From Penicillus capitatus (taxonomy: Eukaryota > Plantae > Chlorophyta), in NCBI GenBank assembly GCA_965649825.1, contig OZ287703.1:1049722-1113721 (forward strand): 64,000 bases of DNA. The letters are read 5' to 3'. Positions 50,690 through 62,961 of this stretch are shown one piece after another (position 1 is the first letter of the stretch; every line of letters starts with the position of its first letter). The position numbers and the translations under genes are program-made. The notes under the pieces were generated by a model. That model was not told the origin of the DNA and searched no databases. It saw only the letters and a list, made by a program, of their open reading frames with translations.

Positions 50690-51864
50690 ATGAAGGAATG
50701 GCGTTGGCTGCTGCTGTGGTGCTTGTGCTGGTGCGGTTGGTACGTTCGGGCGATGGCGGAAGGACGCAATTGGGCCGTGTTGGTTTGTGCATCGCGAGAT
50801 TGGCGCAACTACCGTCATGTTGCGAATACACTGTCGCTCTATCGAACGGTTAAGCGTTTGGGAATACCGGACAGTCACATCATCCTCATGTTGGCCGAGG
50901 ATATCGCCTGCAATGCTCGAAACGCCTTTCCTGCTGCCGTGTTTAACGAGAAGGAACACTCGGTCGATCTCTACGGTGCACGTGTGGAGACAGACTATCG
51001 CGGATACGAAGTGTCTGTACAGAATCTCATTGGCGTGCTGACGGGTGATGCATGGCCGCCGTTCGTGTGATGTGTGCGTGATGTGACAGGTGTGATCAGG
51101 GCGACACGAAACGTCGATTCCCCGATCGAAACGCATGCTGTCCAAGAGGGATAGCAGAATCCTGATCTTCATGACAGGACACGGCGGAGATGAGTTTCTG
51201 CGTTTTCAGAATCAACAGGATCTCCTCTCGAAAGCACATCACACTTGTGTGATGGCGAGATGGGTGACAGATACTGTGTGACAGGATCTGGCAGATGCCA
51301 TTGCTCAGATGCATGCGAGGGGACGTTACGGGGAGATCCTGTTGATGGTCGACACCTGTCAAGCCTCAACACTGTTCACGCACATTCATTCCCCCAACGT
51401 CCTTTCGATCGGCAGCAGCGTCAAAGGTCACATCAAACCGGCGGCCTTCTCACTCTTCTGTCTATGTGTGAGGTGTCTTTTTAGGAGAGAGCTCCTACTC
51501 CTATCTCACAGATCCCATTGTCGGCGTCTCGCTTATGGACCGCTTTACACTGGCGACGCTGAAATTTTTCGAGAATGTGGAGATCACGAGCTCAGCGACA
51601 GTGCAGGACCTGCTTCGATCGTACAGGTCGCTTTCGCTCTCCCTAGACATACGTGATCGTTCTGTCCTTGGGTGTATGGTCAGGCCACAACAGCTTCGTT
51701 CGTCCTTGTATTACAGCACACAGCAGTTTCACAGAAATCTAAGCTCCGTCTTCTTGACAGAATTGTTTGGCCACGTTACACAAGCGCACGCTATTCGTGT
51801 AAAGGCCAATGATCTTGATGACAGCACGCATGAGGGTATTATTCTTTACAGACGCTTCGATTGA
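50690..51864 (+). CDS. GPI8: GPI-anchor transamidase catalytic subunit (peptidase C13)
   Basis: Signal peptide; [21 protein letters not shown], catalytic GHGG and DTCQA. Confidence 0.92.
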
Positions 51865-52011
51865 GGAAGAACGGAAGATGACGTGTGGCGTAAGTTTGTC
51901 TATCCATCTGTCCATCAGTCCGTCAGTCAGTCTATCTCCGAGATATGTAAAAGAAAGAATGGGTCAGTGTCATGTGTGAGTGCGATCACATGGGAGAACA
52001 GCATTCGGCTG

Positions 52012-53377
52012 TTATCGGTATTCTGAGAACCGAGTGTGTCCCGTCACACGTTGGTGCTCAATGGCAGGACCTGTTCCTGTGAATCCCCGCCCACATTCAT
52101 CACACCGAAGTTGAAAAGTAGAAGTGTTGGTAAACTGATTGGTTGCGTTGAATTTCTGAACCTGTCACATCAAACACACCGTCCTGACCCACGTCCTTTA
52201 CACCGTGATCGCACCAATTGAACAGCGCCGTAGGTCAGCAGCTGTCCTTCTTCGGAGAGAGGGTTGTAGACTGTCTGGTCGAGCTCTTCTGGAGCATCCT
52301 TGTAGGGAGAGAGGGCAAGGGCGTCATAATGAATCCCATCGTAGACAAGCATGACGCGTTCCGTGAATCCAGAATCGCTTCCATAGACGTAGCAGTTGGT
52401 CGATTGTATGTCATATGTTGCAATCTGTTTTCGATAGTGCTGCGAGAGAATCATCAATTCGATCTCGCCTCCCCAATGCAGCGGATTGACGATCCATTCA
52501 CAGTACTCTGCATTGGGTCGACCGAGCACAGCTAATAGCAGGACACTGTGCGGCAATGCGAAAAAGAGTGAGAAGTGTGACCTTCATTGTATGTCAGGGG
52601 ATCGGAACGAACGTGTGCGGCGATGACGCTCCGCAGATCGAAGCCCATCAACCGATTGCCCTCCATGACGTAGGCAACGGCCGTGAACAGACAGGAGTTA
52701 TCCGAATCCACAAATCGCCGGACGATGTACGAGCCATCTTCCATTTCCCGATAGGTTACGGGGCCGGGTTCGAAATCGTCTTTCGGTGGCGCAAGGACCG
52801 CTTCCGAGAGAGACATTGCAATGGCTCTATCCAATTCCTCATCGGGATTCGAATCCGTCGGCGCCGCACGGCCGTAGATGCCATCCATGGATGTGGTCTG
52901 GTCACACATAAATCGTCAAAGGCGTCAGAAGAGGAAAGAAGAGTGAGAAACGGTGAGTTCTGAGCAGCTTCCGGTGGAGCTAGGGAGAACGGGAAAGTAA
53001 CCGGAACGAATGGGTCCCGTCAGTTGCGTCATGCCGTCTGGCATCGTCTCGTCGGTGGTCGCCCTTTCGGAAACGACGATCAGATCCCCGTGGCGCAGCA
53101 GTGTGCCAATAGACGTCGTGGCGGGACTGGGTGGCGGCTCCAATAGTGACGGCGGAAATCCTGTCTTCATTATCTGCAGCGACGGGGCTATGCCAGACTT
53201 CTCGTGTACCATTGCCTGAAAATCCTCAAACTTCATCGAAGGCGCCAAATCTGCATCACGTAAACGCCTTTCCGTTATCGACGCCAATGTATCGTGCACG
53301 GTTTTACGGGTAAGAGTGAAGGTGTCGTCAGGACAGCGGCATTTGACGGTGAGAGACGGCGCGTTTGGGTGCGCCAT
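52012..53377 (-). CDS. OTU1: OTU1/YOD1-type deubiquitinase (Ub-like, OTU, C2H2 zinc finger)
   Basis: DSDNSCLFTAV, WGGEIEL, YDGIHYD; C-terminal CDECG..HQRVTGHTRFSEY. Confidence 0.9.
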
Positions 53378-53553
53378 GTCAGAGACGTGAGATGTTTGTA
53401 CGTTCGGATTGCAACACGGTCGACAACACGACGGTAGCAAACGTTTCCAGAGGGGAGTATTCGAAGACCCTATTTTGTCAGACGATGTATGTAGGTGTAC
53501 GACGGACGAGAGAAAGGAAGACGTTGCCTTCCGACTGAACGTACCAACATTGG

Positions 53554-54153
53554 ATGCGATCTCGGTGTCTACCCTGCCGCATCGCGTCGCCGTCGTCGCC
53601 GCCACGCGTCGTGCGCGCAACGCGTCGCGACGCCGACACGACGACACTTGACAACTGCAGAGCGCTTGTACTGGACGCGACCTTTCGTCCCTTAGACATC
53701 GTCAACTGGCATCGCGCCGTTGTCCTCGATGTCTTCAAATCCGCTGAGGTCTTGGCCTATTACGACTGCTGTGTCAAGACGGTGCGACAAGACTATCCCG
53801 TCCCTGCCGTCATCCGAACAGAATTCGTGATGAAAGGCTTCAAAAAGCGAAAGATTCCACTCACTCGACGAAATGTGTTGAAGCGGGACGGGAGTACCTG
53901 TGTCTACTGCGGCGCTCGGAAGGATTTGACACTGGATCACATTATCCCACTGTCCAAAGGCGGCGAGAACAGTTGGGAGAATTTGGTGACGGCATGTCGA
54001 AAATGTAATGGCCGGAAAGGAAATCGAACGCTGGAGCAGATAGGATGGAAACTGAAGACGCTTCCTAGAAAACCGGGCGCATTTGATTTGCGTTTTACCA
54101 TTGATATGCCAATCGATAGTCCCAAGGAATGGCACGATTACATTGCCCATTAA
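53554..54153 (+). CDS. HNH endonuclease, plant/cyanobacterial McrA-like family, with N-terminal extension
   Basis: ALVLDATFRPL, RRNVLKRD..CVYCG..TLDHIIPLSKGG..WENLVTACRKCN; intronless. Confidence 0.9.
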   Translation: MRSRCLPCRIASPSSPPRVVRATRRDADTTTLDNCRALVLDATFRPLDIVNWHRAVVLDVFKSAEVLAYYDCCVKTVRQDYPVPAVIRTEFVMKGFKKRKIPLTRRNVLKRDGSTCVYCGARKDLTLDHIIPLSKGGENSWENLVTACRKCNGRKGNRTLEQIGWKLKTLPRKPGAFDLRFTIDMPIDSPKEWHDYIAH

Positions 54154-54218
54154 TAACCAAAGACGCACGCACGCACGCATTGCTATTTTTTCCAGTAATG
54201 GCATGAGATGATCATCGA

Positions 54219-55299
54219 TCAGTAAACGTTTCGTAAAATGGAGTCCACAGACAATGCCGTTTCTGTTGAAAAGTGTGAGATATCGGAGAAGGGGGAATGC
54301 AAATGTGTAACCTTTGTTGAGTTCTGCTTTGAGATCTCGGAAAAGCGATTCCATCTGGTTTGTGGTATTGCCCTTGAGGAGTTTGTTGATCGGAGGCGGT
54401 GGAATGATCGACGGCTTGACAGAGAGCTCCAACGAAACGAGTGACGCATCCGTCCCTGCAGTCACATCAAATGCGTCAGATGCATCTAGTGCCTCGTGCG
54501 TTTGATCAACGTGATTCCTGATGTCGATCGAGAAGAGGACGCCCTTCACCATCCAACTCCATGATCTTCCATGCACCCTTGTATTGTGTCAAGAATCCTG
54601 GATACTTCTGAAAGAATGAGATCTGAGATGGAAGTGTGAGAAAGAGTGAGATGTTGATGATGTGACAGCACCTCGCCTTTCGGCCGATCCATCTGCATCG
54701 AAATGGGAATGAAACAAGCGCCGCTCACTTTCCAGAACGACCATTTGGCATCGACATGAAGATCGACAAGTTTCTGCCCCTCTCCATCGTCTTCCACCAC
54801 ATGATAAACATGAATCATCTGATGATGTGACAGGGCCTCGATAAAAGTGTGACCAGACGATGTCGCACTTTGAATATTTCAAAAATGTTGTCGTAGTCCT
54901 CTCGTTCGAAGAGCGTAAAGATCCGATGGAAATCGGCCTCGACTCTGGACGTCATGACGGCATGGCATGTCGAATCGCGCTCTTGCATAACGTCGACCTG
55001 CGTCTCATCCATCTCCCAGCTCTTCTGTGGGGAGATCAGCGGAAGCGACCAGGAAGCTGCTACATCGCCATAGGCACGGCACCGAACTCTCCTACCCCTT
55101 CAGCAAAGACAGGATACGGATCGGGCAGGAGCTGTCGTGTTTGTACGTTCGGAATGGAGACCGACTGGAGAGACAACGCGTAACGGCACAGTGCATCGTA
55201 ACAAAGGCGATCGGCGATCGCGTGATCGATGCGACTGCCCCATTGCCACGTCACCTTCCGATTGGACGGGATGCGTTTGGGCGTTTCGGCTTTGCTCAT
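54219..55299 (-). CDS. SRPBCC/START (polyketide-cyclase-like) domain protein
   Basis: Spliced model gives LHVDAKWSFWK..ISFFQKYPGFLTQYKGAWKI..SLVSLELSVKPSIIPPPPINKLLKG; start uncertain. Confidence 0.6.
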
Positions 55300-55442
55300 G
55301 CCATCTCCTTCCTCGTTTCACGGATCCACGCCTCCTCGGCATTACGTAAGCCCCATGGTCTCACTCTTTGTCCAGGACTCAGACGAGGTATCTGTAGAAG
55401 CCCCTCAGTCGCGTTGGATCTGCGAGTGAGGGATGGACGCCG

Positions 55443-58400
55443 ATGAGACAAAAAATCAGGCGTAAGGGTCGACTGCTGATCCTTCATGCCACAGCGTCGT
55501 CACACAAATTTCACCGCCGCACGTACCAACGCATGAAAAAGGTTTGGGAGATTTGTCGTCGTCGGCGTCGTGGGGTCAGGGAGCGATCATGGGTCATGCA
55601 TGATGTGACAGGATGGTCTGATTGCTGAGTGCGAGAAATTGAATCTCGAAACGTCGGGGACACGAGCAGATCTCATCCAGCGCATCACGATCTGCATCGG
55701 ATCCGAGGTGCATCTCACTCTTTTCGAAGGTGATGAAAAGAACGGGACATACAGGAGGAGTCTGAGGAATGGACGCCGAAGATACTGATGCGAAAGAAGA
55801 AAGAGGCACTGAAGGAAGAATGCGAGACGCGAGGGCTGTCCTCTGAAGGAACCAAGCGCAAGATGATTGAACGGATTATGTTGGATGAAGAGGTCACGCA
55901 TCCGTCACATCAACGTAAAGAGTGAGATAGGTGTGTGCGTGCAGCGACGACAGCATCCAGACTTTAGAGACACGCTAGAGGAAATGCAGCATCTGGTGGT
56001 CGATACAGGCGAGATCATGAAGGACAAGGTCGAGAGAATCGTAGATCTGTTGGAAGAGGAAGAACAGGTGACAGAGGAGGTTAAGGAGGAAGAACTGGCG
56101 ATAGAAGAGGTTGAGCAGGAAGAACAGGTGACAGAGGAGGTTAAGGAGGAAGATCGACTGGCCGATATCACTCCGAGGGACGTGCAAAGGATGAGAATGG
56201 CAGATCTGATCGAGATCTTCTCTCCTGTTCTCCCCAATCCGAATTGGAATACAATGAAGCGTTATGAGATGGTGAGCTTTGTATTGCGTGAGTACTTCGG
56301 GATTGCTCCGGTTTCGAAAAACAGCAAGAAAGTGGTCACTGAAGCAAAGAGGTCCAGAGTGGCACCGATGAAGGTGGGGTGGCCAACTGCAGTAGGATTG
56401 AGGTGATGCGTGCGGATGTGACAGGCAGTGGATCGCTCTGAAGAAATGGCACGGATGATGATGTTGGATCAAGTCAAAACAGAGACCGGTATGTTCATCG
56501 GCGACATCGACGCTTCCATCGATCGTCTCATTCACGAGATGCGCACGATCTACGGCGCTTATCTCCCAGTTCAACTGGAAATTCCCTTTCAGGATGTTCC
56601 CGACAATGAAGATCTGGAAGTAGAGGAAGCAGATGACGCGGCAGAGGATACGACGGAAGTGGAAGATGCTGCCATAGAGGAAGATGAGATGATGGACAGT
56701 GAAGAAGATGTCGATGTTGAGGAGAACGCCGTGAGGGATGGAGCGAACGCCAAGGAAGACACGATGGTCGATTTGAAAGAGACAGGAGAGGCAGATTGGT
56801 CCAAAGGTCCGATGGGTGGTCCTGATATGGATGAAAGCGACAGTTTATTGGAGAAAGCACTCGATGGCGATGTGACTGATGAGATGGTGGTCAGAGGTAA
56901 ACGCAGAAACCGCAGCGACCGTGTGCGCGATGTGGTGGAGAAAGAGGCAGAGGAGGTGTTTAAGGGCGACGTGGGAATGTATACTGTTGATCTCGATCCA
57001 CCGATGGAGTCGACGGAGACAGAGGTGGGTACAAGGAGTATGGAAGATATGGCACGAGAGATTCTGGAGATGCATGCAAGGGATGAGTTGCTGAAGATGT
57101 CGGAGGAGAAGTTCTACAAACTCGTCGAGCCGCTCTGTCTGGATGTCGGTCCCTTCCGAGAGGAGTTTGTGGCGAAGATTGCCGCTTTGGCAGGTGTCGG
57201 TGTAGAAGATGAGGAGACGGAAGAGGAGCCGGCAACGGATCTCATTGAGCTGTCTCTGTCGACGCTGGACACGGAATCCGACGAAACGCAGATAAGGGAG
57301 CGGTTGGTCGACAATGCAGAATACACACCGGCACCCGTCATCAACATGGCACCATCCACTCTGGAAGCCAATACAGATGCAGACATCCTTGCAGATGAGA
57401 AACCGCAAGAGCTGCGCGAGGTTGACCCTCGACCAGAGGAGATGGACGTCACGAAAGAGGAGGACGTGGATGTCGTGGCAGATGAGGAGGAGATGCGCGA
57501 GATGCCATTCGATGAGGAACTTGATACCGAAGCATATCTGGAAGAGGCGGCTGAGCCGATAGGAGAGATGGAAGTGACAGAAGAGACCAGCACAGAAGAG
57601 GCGGCTGAGCCGATAGGAGAGATGGAAGTGACAGAAGAGATCAACACAGAAGAGGCGACTGGATTGGGTACCGATACGACAGAGGCGGTCTCTGTCGAGG
57701 AGTCGACGACACAGACGGAGGACGACGTCGTTCAGGAGACGCTGCCGGAACGATCAGATGTCACAAACGAAGCTCCCCCTGCCGAACCACAAATCGAGGA
57801 GCAGTCCTTAGAGGAATACGAGGAGACAGAAACGAAAGAGCGTGAGGAGGAAGAGACACCGATCGCGTCCAGTAAAGAGGATGCATATGACATGAGGGAT
57901 ACCCCACCGGCAGAGGATGAAGCTGAAAGCACTGCGGCGTTTGTCAATGGCGTCGAGCCCGTCGCTGTCGAACCTGATGCAACGGAACTGCTCGATGAGA
58001 GCGCCGCCCTGCCAGACACCACCAAACTCGCCGATGAGGAACCGTCTGAAGCCATCGACGATCTCGAGGGTCTGAACACGCCGCCAGAGAAGACAGCAGC
58101 CGCCATCGAAGGCGTCACAGATTCTGAGACATCTGCTGCAGAAGTGTGATCTCTGTTGTGGCCCTGTTGATAGATGTCTCCCTTTGCAGGTCGCGGTGGG
58201 CGATGCGTCGGAGAGCGAGGTCGAATCGCTCGTGGCCAAAGAAATGACGACGTCTGATGCAGCAGTCAAGAACATCGAACGCGTTCTGAAAGAGATCCAG
58301 CAGCAAAGAATAGAGTGGGAGAGCAGTACACAGGACATTACACAGCTCGATGTCGGAGCGCAGCTTGCTGAACAGCAACAGAAAAAAGTGACCTTCACCG

Positions 58401-59055
58401 CCGCCATATATCACACTTTTCCATTCTGTCGTAACAGGAATCCCTGAAAAAAGATCTCGAGCAAGTGACGACACAATTTGAAAGCCTGCGGCAGAAGGTG
58501 GACGTCAATGATGATAAGATCATCGAATTAAGGAAAGAAATCAACAGGCAAGGCCAAACGATCACACATTCTCACTCTTTTGCAGAACAGCGCGTTCCTT
58601 GGGGCTTTCCCAAATGATCATTTCTCTTTTGTTTTTATGCCTGCCCTAAGAAACGCGCTGTTCTGTCTAGGGTGCTCTTTGCGTTTCAGTTGTTGCCTTT
58701 TGATCCTCTGATTGGAGACGGCAATGGAGAAGTGGGCGTTTTTGCCAACGGTTATGACCCTTTTCTATCAGATGATATGGTTTTTGACATCTCTTTTGAC
58801 GAAACGGCTTATCGTTACTCTATCGATACCACCCTTCCAGAAAAATCGTTCTCGCCTTTGGATCCCGCCATTCGAGATCAATGCCATTTCAATCTAACAT
58901 CTGCCTCCGAAACTGAAGTCTTTTTGCGTTCTGTTAGTGACGCCGCCGGCACCGCCGCCACCAATCTACAAGAGGAGGATCTCTTCAAGAAGCCCTCGTC
59001 GATCGGTACGCCTTCGAATATACATTCCATCATCTCACACATCTGCAATGTGTGA
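55443..59055 (+). CDS. Multi-SAP-domain, highly acidic protein with coiled coil and possible C-terminal TM segment
   Basis: SAP motifs YQRMKK|DGLIAECEKLNLETSGTRADLIQRI and KKKEALKEECETRGLSSEGTKRKMIERI; acidic exon 56428-58149; 3' exons (58187-59055) less certain. Confidence 0.7.
57537..57660 (+). repeat. Two ~54-bp in-frame repeats (EEAAEPIGEMEVTEE); another pair EEQVTEEVKEE at ~56058-56152
   Basis: Direct DNA repeats visible. Confidence 0.85.
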
Positions 59056-59319
59056 CCTTAGCTGTGGGATTGGCATTTGGCGTGACCGAATTCGTCAAGA
59101 AAGTATTTCCGAATCTCTTTGAGCGTCGCGACGACCGTGATGATGATGACGACGACACGAAAGATGACAAGGATAGGACGATGTGATGGAATATCTGTGT
59201 GATGAGACATCATCATCTTTACACAATGCATTTCTATAATCCATGCTTCTGCTGTCCACGAGATGCGCCGCAATCGCGATGATCACGGCAAGCGTACCGA
59301 ATATCCCCGCCCACTGTCC

Positions 59320-60933
59320 TTATCGATTTGCCGGTGTACGATCGTCTGAATCGTCATGACTGACAGGCTTTCGCCGAATCGTGGTCATCTGATGCAAATG
59401 TCCTCCACCGTCCATCGGCGCAGACACCTGCTGATTCCCTTGTGCGACGGCAATGTAGGGACTGCGAACGGGATAGGGAGGGTAGCTAGGATAGGATGGG
59501 TAGGATGGATATCCAGGGTAGAGCTGAGGAGGGCGTGCGAGTGCCGGTGCAGCCGGTGAGGAGACAGCCGGAGGAAATTTCCAGATGGCAGGCAATGGTT
59601 GCGTCGTCCCTGGTGACGGCTCCATTCGATAGGGCGCCGCCGTTCGTGCCTGAGGCGGGTAGGCGTAGGGCGGCGGATAAGGCATCGCCGGACGTTGCAT
59701 CGCATTTCCCATCGGATAGTTCATTCCCACCGGCGGCTGAAATTGCTGGGCGGCGGCGGCGGCGGCTCTTTCGCCCATCGACACATTGGGAAGGTAAGGA
59801 TGATGTGGGTAGGGCTGAGGCGGAGGGGCAGTGGCTCCAGGGAGGGCAGGAAATTCAGAATGGTATGTCGGGGCATTGTACACGCCACCCGTTCCCACAC
59901 GTTTCGTCTCCGGTCCATAATTGCTCCTGTCATCGTACAGCGCTTTCTGATAGGTCTTGGCAGCACCTCTTCGATAATCTGGATCCTGCAATTCTTTGGC
60001 CCGATCTCGAAACACAGCTTTGGTATTCTTTCCGTCCTCTTCTGTCTCGTCGGCAGACGGACGTTCTTCGCTTTCGGCGTGATGCGTCTCTCCCAGAATA
60101 CGATCGCGAGCTGCTTTGTATTCTTCTTCCCTCTGTTTGACGCTCAGGCTCTGTCCACTGCTCGCGGAATGCAAAGCGCCGCCTATATGATTCTCGCTTG
60201 GGCCGCCGCCACCGGCCGCCATTCCTTCCCTTCTCTTGATCGTGACTTCAGGCGGGGCTGCTTTCTTAGCAGACTCTGGAGGACAATAGATATTCATGAC
60301 CTCCACAACTCGGACCTGCACATCCATACCCATCCCATACAGCATCCCGCAACTGCTGCTGTGCGTCCTACTGGAGGCGGTTTTGTTTCTTGTGTCTTAT
60401 GGGCAATCACTCGTGAGAGACCGTTGCCCAACGGGACAGATGAAGTTTGCAGCCCATACATCTGCGAAACACGATGGGCTAATAGCCGCTACAGACGTCA
60501 CATCATCAAAAGAGTGAGAAGGATGAGAGGCGCGTGTACTTGATAGCTTGTCAAATCATAAGAGAACTCGATGGTGCACCGTGTTTTATCGGAGATAAAC
60601 TTGAAGACATCGGCATCAATTCTGAGTACTGTAGGAAAGTGTGACGTCGGCAGCTAACCAGAAGGTGTACCGTTAGCACGTTCGCGCGGGTTTTTCAGAG
60701 CTTCCTTCAACGCTTGGTCGATGGTATCGCCTTTTTGAGGGGACAGTTCTGTTGACGTCGTTTCTTTGGTCGTCGTCGCTGTCGCGTCGTCTTCGTCGCA
60801 CCTGTTCCGCAAGAACGCCGTTGCGTCGACGCCCGTTTTGCGATTCGCACTTTCGTGGCGCTGCAACTGGCATAGGGTTAAGCGTCAACTGCTCCACATC
60901 TTCCCAGCACTCTGGTTCATTGGATTCCGTCAT
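59320..60933 (-). CDS. R3H-SUZ domain RNA-binding protein with Pro/Tyr-rich tail
   Basis: IDQALKEALKNPRER..SYQ|RLLAHRVSQMYGL (R3H); SVKQREEEYKAARDRILG (SUZ); AVFRDRAKELQDPDYRR. Confidence 0.85.
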
Positions 60934-61284
60934 TGGGCTGTGCGTCGCCTCAACGTCTGACGTCTTTTGGCGCGAGAAACGACGAGATGTAAGAAGGATG
61001 AAACAAATGAGCCAACAACGGACCGACAGAACGCAGCCGTCACATCACCCATTATGACAGTCCACGCACGACGCGCAGGGCTTGGTGCTCGACGCACGAA
61101 CGAACGCACGAACGCACGCACGCACGCTCAGGTCGCGCAACGGTCATTCGTTCACATCTGCATCACCCGATAGGCGTCCCTCATCGTCATCGTCGCCTTT
61201 CCGTTGCCGAAGCATTTCTCTCGACTCGGTCAGGACGTGAACGTCACGTCAATTTGCCACAGGAGCTGAGAAGTGGAGAGTGCG

Positions 61285-62347
61285 ATGGAAAAGGCACTGG
61301 CCAAAGTCGAGAGCACCATGCAAGCGTTGGCGACGGACATGGACGAACTCCGTCTGGCCATGCAAGAGGAAAAGGAGGCGATTCGCAAAGAACGTGTATC
61401 CCTGCAGCAAGAGATCGTTCGTTTTCAAAAAGAGCGTCAGCGCATTAGTCAAGTCATTAACGAATCCGAACCGGCATTTCTCACTCTTTTCTCACACATT
61501 TCATCATCGCATGGCATCTAGGTGCGGTTAAGTGTCGGAGGATACGAATTTACGACGACGGTCACCACACTCCGGAACGAACCGGACCCTTCGCTCTTCA
61601 ACGCCATGTTCAGTGGCAGACATGACCTGAAACCGGACAAAGATGGACGTTACTTTATTGATCGCGATGGGCGTCATTTTCACGACATTCTCAACTACTT
61701 GAGAGATCGAACCTTCAACTATCATGCCGAGAATCCAGACTATCAGTACCTCATTGAACTCAGAGCCGAGGCAGAATACTATGGGCTCGTGGGGCTGATC
61801 GAACAGATCGAAAGGTCAGCAGACATGACGTGTGTCGATCGACACGTGTGACCTGCCTGCCTGCCTGTGTAGATTTCCTTATAATGTGACGCGAGTGGTT
61901 CGGGCGTCAGACGTCGATCCGGAGGACAGTTGGATCTACGAGGACGGTCATGATGAGATCGTGTTTTCGGTCGACAAAGAATGTCAGCTTTTGGGCACAG
62001 GACTTTGCGGAACAGATGGCGGCTTGACTGTCGAATTGGAGGTGTTCGAAGTGTCTGAAGAAGATTTTAGCGTTCCTCTGAATACGTTAGCGAGTCATGC
62101 CAAGTCCTTTACGAAACAAGATGGTCAGCGGCTGGAGCTCATGTTAAACAGGCCCGTACCACTGGTTCCCGGAAAATACTACATGCTCAGTGCACTGATC
62201 AAAGGAACGGAATCGCATTGCTGTGAGGACTGTATGGATGTTGTCATTGCTGGAGGTGTGAAATTTACATTTCACATCTGGGAATCACCAAATGGCACAA
62301 ACGAACAGCGCGGACAGTTTCCAGAACTGTACATCCGTGTGAAGTGA
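61285..62347 (+). CDS. Coiled coil + KCTD/T1-type BTB + PHR domain protein
   Basis: VRLSVGGYEFTTTVTTL..YFIDRDGRHFHDILNYLR; PHR-like IVFSVDK..LLGTGLCG..NGTNEQRGQFPELY. Confidence 0.85.
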
Positions 62348-62569
62348 CGGACACATATCATACGATGGTTCCGGCACCGTCGTGCTGCTCGGTCGGCCGG
62401 AAGAGAGGGCGATGGCCGCAATAATAAACATTTGATTGTGTGACCTGCACATCGTCTCCTCTTGTCACAGAAAGTGTGACGGACTCGTCGTGGTATACAT
62501 GTGTTCGTACGTCTGAGAGAGTGAGCATGTGTGTGTGAACCATCCAAGAAAAACATGTTGAGCAGTCTT

Positions 62570-62960
62570 GATTCTTTTGATCTGCTGTCCGCTGCTTCTC
62601 TTTCAACGACAACTGGATTGAACGAACAAACAAACATGTCTGATGAGAAATCCGAGACAGCACAGCTCATGGCAGCTGTCGGTCACACAAAAGAAGGATA
62701 GTCCTAACGCATCTCATGGGAATGTCTAGAAACGTGTGAAGCTTCATCGGAAAAAGGCCAAGCAGAGCACGACGCCTAAGAACGGCTCGAGGAATACAAA
62801 ACGTGATGCCGACCGCAAAGAGAGAGCACGAAAGCGCCGTGAGATATATGCACAGAACACAATTGCTTATATGTTTGCAGTGTCTCACTCTTTTGGAGAA
62901 AGTGTGATGTCTGCGGTTAGGTCTTTTCTCAAGGCACAACATCCATCTGACACCGTCTAG
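62570..62960 (+). CDS. Hypothetical small basic protein (partial model)
   Basis: Exons ..MSDEKSETAQLMAA|KRVKLHRKKAK.. join in frame; 5' end unresolved. Confidence 0.3.
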
Positions 62961-62961
62961 A

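Noticed and set aside
53554-54153. HNH as a homing endonuclease or mobile/defence element
   Set aside because: No flanking intron, TSD or terminal repeats; it matches the conserved plant/cyanobacterial stand-alone HNH type with an N-terminal extension
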